A stretch of DNA of 64,000 nucleotides from Clostridia bacterium. GTDB taxonomy: Bacteria > Bacillota > Clostridia > JAAYHZ01. Shown here piece after piece: positions 60,650 through 64,000 of the stretch (its first letter is position 1; each line of letters begins with the position of its first letter). Under the pieces are notes generated by a model. The model was given only the letters and a program-made list of their open reading frames with translations. It did no database searches and was not told where the DNA came from. The stretch is from NCBI GenBank assembly GCA_050950825.1, contig JBMNIH010000002.1, positions 416,001 through 480,000 on the forward strand. The letters run 5' to 3'. The translations under genes and the position numbers were made by a program.

Positions 60650-62632
60650 TCACGGATTTCGAAAATCTTTGGACGGTTCCCAATCCCATTTCAATTCCCT
60701 TCTGAACCACATGTACACCTTTCCGTCTTCGGCACCCGATACGATGTCCGGTTCGCCGTCGCCGTCAAGATCCGTACACCAAGGGGAGCACTTGTGACAC
60801 ACAAGATCGATGGGCGTTCCGTCCTTGAACGTAATCAGTCGCGGTCTTTCAAATACGGGTTCCGAATCGGTCCCCGCATTCTTAAGCCAAAATAAGGTGG
60901 CTTTCCGCGGGAAAAATGCATTAATATGTACGTTCAGGTCCCGATGGGTACCTCCTATGATGTCCGTATTGCCGTCTCCGTCCCAATCGCAGGCAAAAAG
61001 CACCGTTCTACCGAGATGACCGCCCGGACCGCAGCATTTGACGGCACATCCGTCCGTGTATCGTAATAGACGGCCTTCACGTACCGCCGTGCAATCCTTC
61101 TCGTCTTTTTCGAAGAACTGCGCCAAGCCGTCTATGTTGACGGCGATCAATCTTCCGTTATTCCATAGAGCAGGTCTTGATCGCCAAGCCGTTGCAAAAT
61201 CCTTACCGTTTAATTGTAAGACAACTCCGGTATCAAATACGGGGTGGGTTCGGGTGCCGATGTTGCGATACCACGTTATTTTCCCCGTTATATCGTTGGT
61301 AAGCAGGTCAACCAGCCCGTCCCCGTCCCAATCGACGGCCAGAGGATTCGTATACCCCCATCTTTTTTCGGCCGGCCCCTGTATCGAACCCGAATCCCCG
61401 GCTTGGTGGCGTATCCGTTTTCCGTCCTTTGTTTTTAAGGGTTTACCGGCGCGATACGAAAACTTGTAGGGCTCATTGGCCGTGTTTTCAAAATACCACA
61501 AATAGCCGGACGAGTCTCCGACCACGAGGTCCAAGTCTTTATCGTTATCCGCATCGATGAAGCACGGTACCGACAACGTTTCCGCCCTTACGTCCCCTCC
61601 TTGCTTTAGAAGAGGAGGCCGTTCTACGAAGCCTTCGTCCGTGTTTTCAAGCCAAAATACCGTCCCCGGATTCCCCGAAACCAAGATGTCCGTTTTTCCG
61701 TCCCTATTGATGTCAAAGGGAAAAAACGACGTAAAGTAATGGGCTCTTTGCAAAGGACTGCATTTCATCTCCGTCGGTGAACCGACGGGCTTTAACGGTT
61801 TGTCCGTCTTTAGCATGTAGAGCCGGTCAATATTCATTCTTACAAGAAGCTCCGGCTTTCCGTCTCCGTCCAAGTCTGCCGGTACGGCGTCTAGTACGTG
61901 ATCCCATGAACGAAAGCGGCAAATCTCCTCGACGTCTTTATATACCGGATTTTCATTGGACCCGGAATTGTAAATAACATAGAGTATCGTATCGCCTTGT
62001 TTTCCTCTCCATTGTCCGTTGTCATCGTAACCTCTTCCGAAACCGGCGGTAGGATGTTCGTTGTCTCTCCAAAGGCTCATCCCGTCCGGCCAATATTTTG
62101 AGCTCCAATCGGAACAAGACATCAAAAGATGAACCGCCTCATTCCCCGGCAGAGTAAAAGAATGCAACGAGGCAAGGGAAGCGCCCTTCGGAGCACGGAG
62201 CTTTTTTAAAAGCTCTTCCATGCACAGCACCTTTTCTTTGCTTGCTTCGAATACGGGGTTGCTTCGCGGTCCGATATTTCGATACAGCATTAAACAATCA
62301 TCCTTCAGCGTCAGCAAATAAAACCCCGTTTTCTCATCCGTCGGCAAAGGGATGCAATATCGGCCTTCGATTCCTTCTAAAAATTCGGCAGGCTTGTAGA
62401 CGGGAATGGTATTTTGAAATCTTTGGTCCTCTCGGTATAAGTAGGTTCCGCCTCCAAAAAAGCGGGGATTGGCGTTGTACAAAATATCACTGCCTCCCGT
62501 ACCCGTCCAATCGACTACGGCGACGGACCCGTCCAAGGCTTCCCCTAACTCGGTAAACTCGTCCGGAGAGGTTTGCATGGCACGCATCAAATACTTGTTC
62601 ATAACACGTATCTCCTTAAAACCCCTTTTCAT
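60650..62632 (-). CDS. FG-GAP/VCBS-repeat beta-propeller protein
   Basis: Repeated D[LW]DGDGxxD[LI] motifs and NxGTxxxPVF; no signal peptide. Confidence 0.8.
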   Translation of the reverse strand: MKRGFKEIRVMNKYLMRAMQTSPDEFTELGEALDGSVAVVDWTGTGGSDILYNANPRFFGGGTYLYREDQRFQNTIPVYKPAEFLEGIEGRYCIPLPTDEKTGFYLLTLKDDCLMLYRNIGPRSNPVFEASKEKVLCMEELLKKLRAPKGASLASLHSFTLPGNEAVHLLMSCSDWSSKYWPDGMSLWRDNEHPTAGFGRGYDDNGQWRGKQGDTILYVIYNSGSNENPVYKDVEEICRFRSWDHVLDAVPADLDGDGKPELLVRMNIDRLYMLKTDKPLKPVGSPTEMKCSPLQRAHYFTSFFPFDINRDGKTDILVSGNPGTVFWLENTDEGFVERPPLLKQGGDVRAETLSVPCFIDADNDKDLDLVVGDSSGYLWYFENTANEPYKFSYRAGKPLKTKDGKRIRHQAGDSGSIQGPAEKRWGYTNPLAVDWDGDGLVDLLTNDITGKITWYRNIGTRTHPVFDTGVVLQLNGKDFATAWRSRPALWNNGRLIAVNIDGLAQFFEKDEKDCTAVREGRLLRYTDGCAVKCCGPGGHLGRTVLFACDWDGDGNTDIIGGTHRDLNVHINAFFPRKATLFWLKNAGTDSEPVFERPRLITFKDGTPIDLVCHKCSPWCTDLDGDGEPDIVSGAEDGKVYMWFRRELKWDWEPSKDFRNP

Positions 62633-62633
62633 T

Positions 62634-63566
62634 TCACGATCTTGTTATCGGTATTCCGAACGCCCGAGCGTATTCCGCCGAAAGGGAATGCAAAAATTCA
62701 ATTTCATATCGGTGAGAGATATCAAAGCCGGAGATCTCCTTGCTTCTGCATTCAAGCCGAATCCCTAATCCCTCCAATTGCATATAATACTTCGCATTGA
62801 CGGGATAGTATTGGTATTCGATGGCCGAAGCAAACCCGAGAAAGCTTTGAAGTCTTTTCGCCTGCTCCGGGTTGCTTGACCGCAACATCATCAACCCTTT
62901 GTAAAGCTCGGGATGAAAATTCGCCATAACTCCGCTGTATCCCGCCGCTCCGTACTCCAAAGTCTCTAATAAAGTCGCCGCATTCGCATTAAAGACCTTC
63001 AAACCTTTCGGCGATGCCTTCCGTATTTTCTCCTTAATGAGCTTAGGATTTCGGCAGGTATCCTTTAAAAAGAAGAATCTTCCGGTGTCGGCAAGCCATT
63101 CCGCAAGCTCGGGCGTTACGATCCGTTTGTAAGGATACGGACACTCATATATTCCCAAAGGGATGTCCGGAATCCATTGAAGCAAGCTTTCGATGTTTTT
63201 CATAAGGACCGAGTCCGGCTCATCCCGTCGGGCCAGCCGGCTGCCGATGAGAACCAAGGCATCAATGCCCGTATCCGCCATGGCCTTTAGCTCCTCCCTT
63301 TGTTCTTTCACGGATTCCGAAATATGCCCGGACGCGATTACGGGAACCCTGCCTCTTGCCAGCTCCTTGACGGTTCGTGCAAGGCGGGTTCTTTCCTCCA
63401 AGGTCAAGAAAAACATTTCGCTTGACTGGCAGACGGCAAACAAACCGTCCACCCCTTTGTCGATATACCACTCCACAATATTTTCCAAAACACCGTAGTC
63501 GATTTTATTGTCTTTAAAAGGCGTTATCATGGTAGGCCAAATCCCGTCCGGAATAACGGCTTTCAT
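62634..63566 (-). CDS. Dihydrodipicolinate synthase/NAL-like class I aldolase
   Basis: MITPF, CQSSE, YECP, LKDT; start reset to ATG after AAGGAG. Confidence 0.88.
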   Translation of the reverse strand: MKAVIPDGIWPTMITPFKDNKIDYGVLENIVEWYIDKGVDGLFAVCQSSEMFFLTLEERTRLARTVKELARGRVPVIASGHISESVKEQREELKAMADTGIDALVLIGSRLARRDEPDSVLMKNIESLLQWIPDIPLGIYECPYPYKRIVTPELAEWLADTGRFFFLKDTCRNPKLIKEKIRKASPKGLKVFNANAATLLETLEYGAAGYSGVMANFHPELYKGLMMLRSSNPEQAKRLQSFLGFASAIEYQYYPVNAKYYMQLEGLGIRLECRSKEISGFDISHRYEIEFLHSLSAEYARAFGIPITRS

Positions 63567-63567
63567 A

Positions 63568-63999
63568 TTATGCACTCCTTTCACTGTCGCGTTGTGTATC
63601 CATTCTTGTCTGCATGATCCTTCGAACTTCCTCAAGGTCCTCCTGCGTATCCACACTCAGCGCGTTGTAGTCGTACCGGGTTTTCACCACCTTGATTTTA
63701 TACCCGTGCTCCAGCACCTTAAGCTGTTCTAAAGATTCGGTCAGAGCCAAGGGTGTATTTTCAAGATCGACGTAAGTTAAGAGAAACTCTTTTCGATATG
63801 CGTATATGCCAATATGTTCATAAACCTCGAGGTACTCCGATTTTCTCGGATATGGAATCAAGGACCGGGAAAAATACAAAGCATTGCCTTGGCGGTCGGT
63901 GACCACCTTCACCGTATTGGGGTCATGGAACATGCTTTCCTTTGCGATTCGGTATGCGCCTGTGGCCATAACGGCATTCTTGTCCTCTAAAAGCGCCGA
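63568..63999 (-). CDS. kdsB: 3-deoxy-manno-octulosonate cytidylyltransferase, C-terminal part (runs off window)
   Basis: PNTVKVV, ALYFSRSLIP, HIGIYAYR, ESLEQLKVLEHG, SVDTQEDL. Confidence 0.88.
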   Translation of the reverse strand, partial: SALLEDKNAVMATGAYRIAKESMFHDPNTVKVVTDRQGNALYFSRSLIPYPRKSEYLEVYEHIGIYAYRKEFLLTYVDLENTPLALTESLEQLKVLEHGYKIKVVKTRYDYNALSVDTQEDLEEVRRIMQTRMDTQRDSERSA

Positions 64000-64000
64000 A

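Overview
A 64-kb chromosomal segment from a Clostridia-like (Bacillota) bacterium, inferred from gene content and order. Most genes are on the minus strand. Housekeeping blocks are priA...def-fmt-yugP-like-rsmB-rlmN (split by a three-gene ABC module), prfC, and ymdB-pgeF-SBP-lspA-rluD-tcdA-ATPase-yerC-secA-folC-TPR. Accessory content includes secreted metallopeptidase-like proteins, two lyase-like hypothetical proteins, a two-component/serine-hydrolase islet, a CD3324 gene with a two-uORF attenuator-like leader, and a sialidase/aldolase/KdsB sugar-acid locus. An 8-kb IS hotspot (46.2-54.4 kb) holds two nested pairs: an IS3 inside an IS30-like element, and a second IS30-like element inside an IS1182. 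The most striking observation is shared by the two divergent Cys-rich IS30-like elements. Each has a hairpin occluding the transposase RBS and a 14-15-nt segment exactly 9 nt after the stop codon that is complementary to the 5' arm of that hairpin. The sequences differ but the pairing is preserved, which suggests a 3'-UTR-triggered translational switch. Both elements also have 13-bp target duplications, six copies of an end motif, and targets that resemble their own ends. All calls were made by eye from the sequence and the ORF track; no searches were run.
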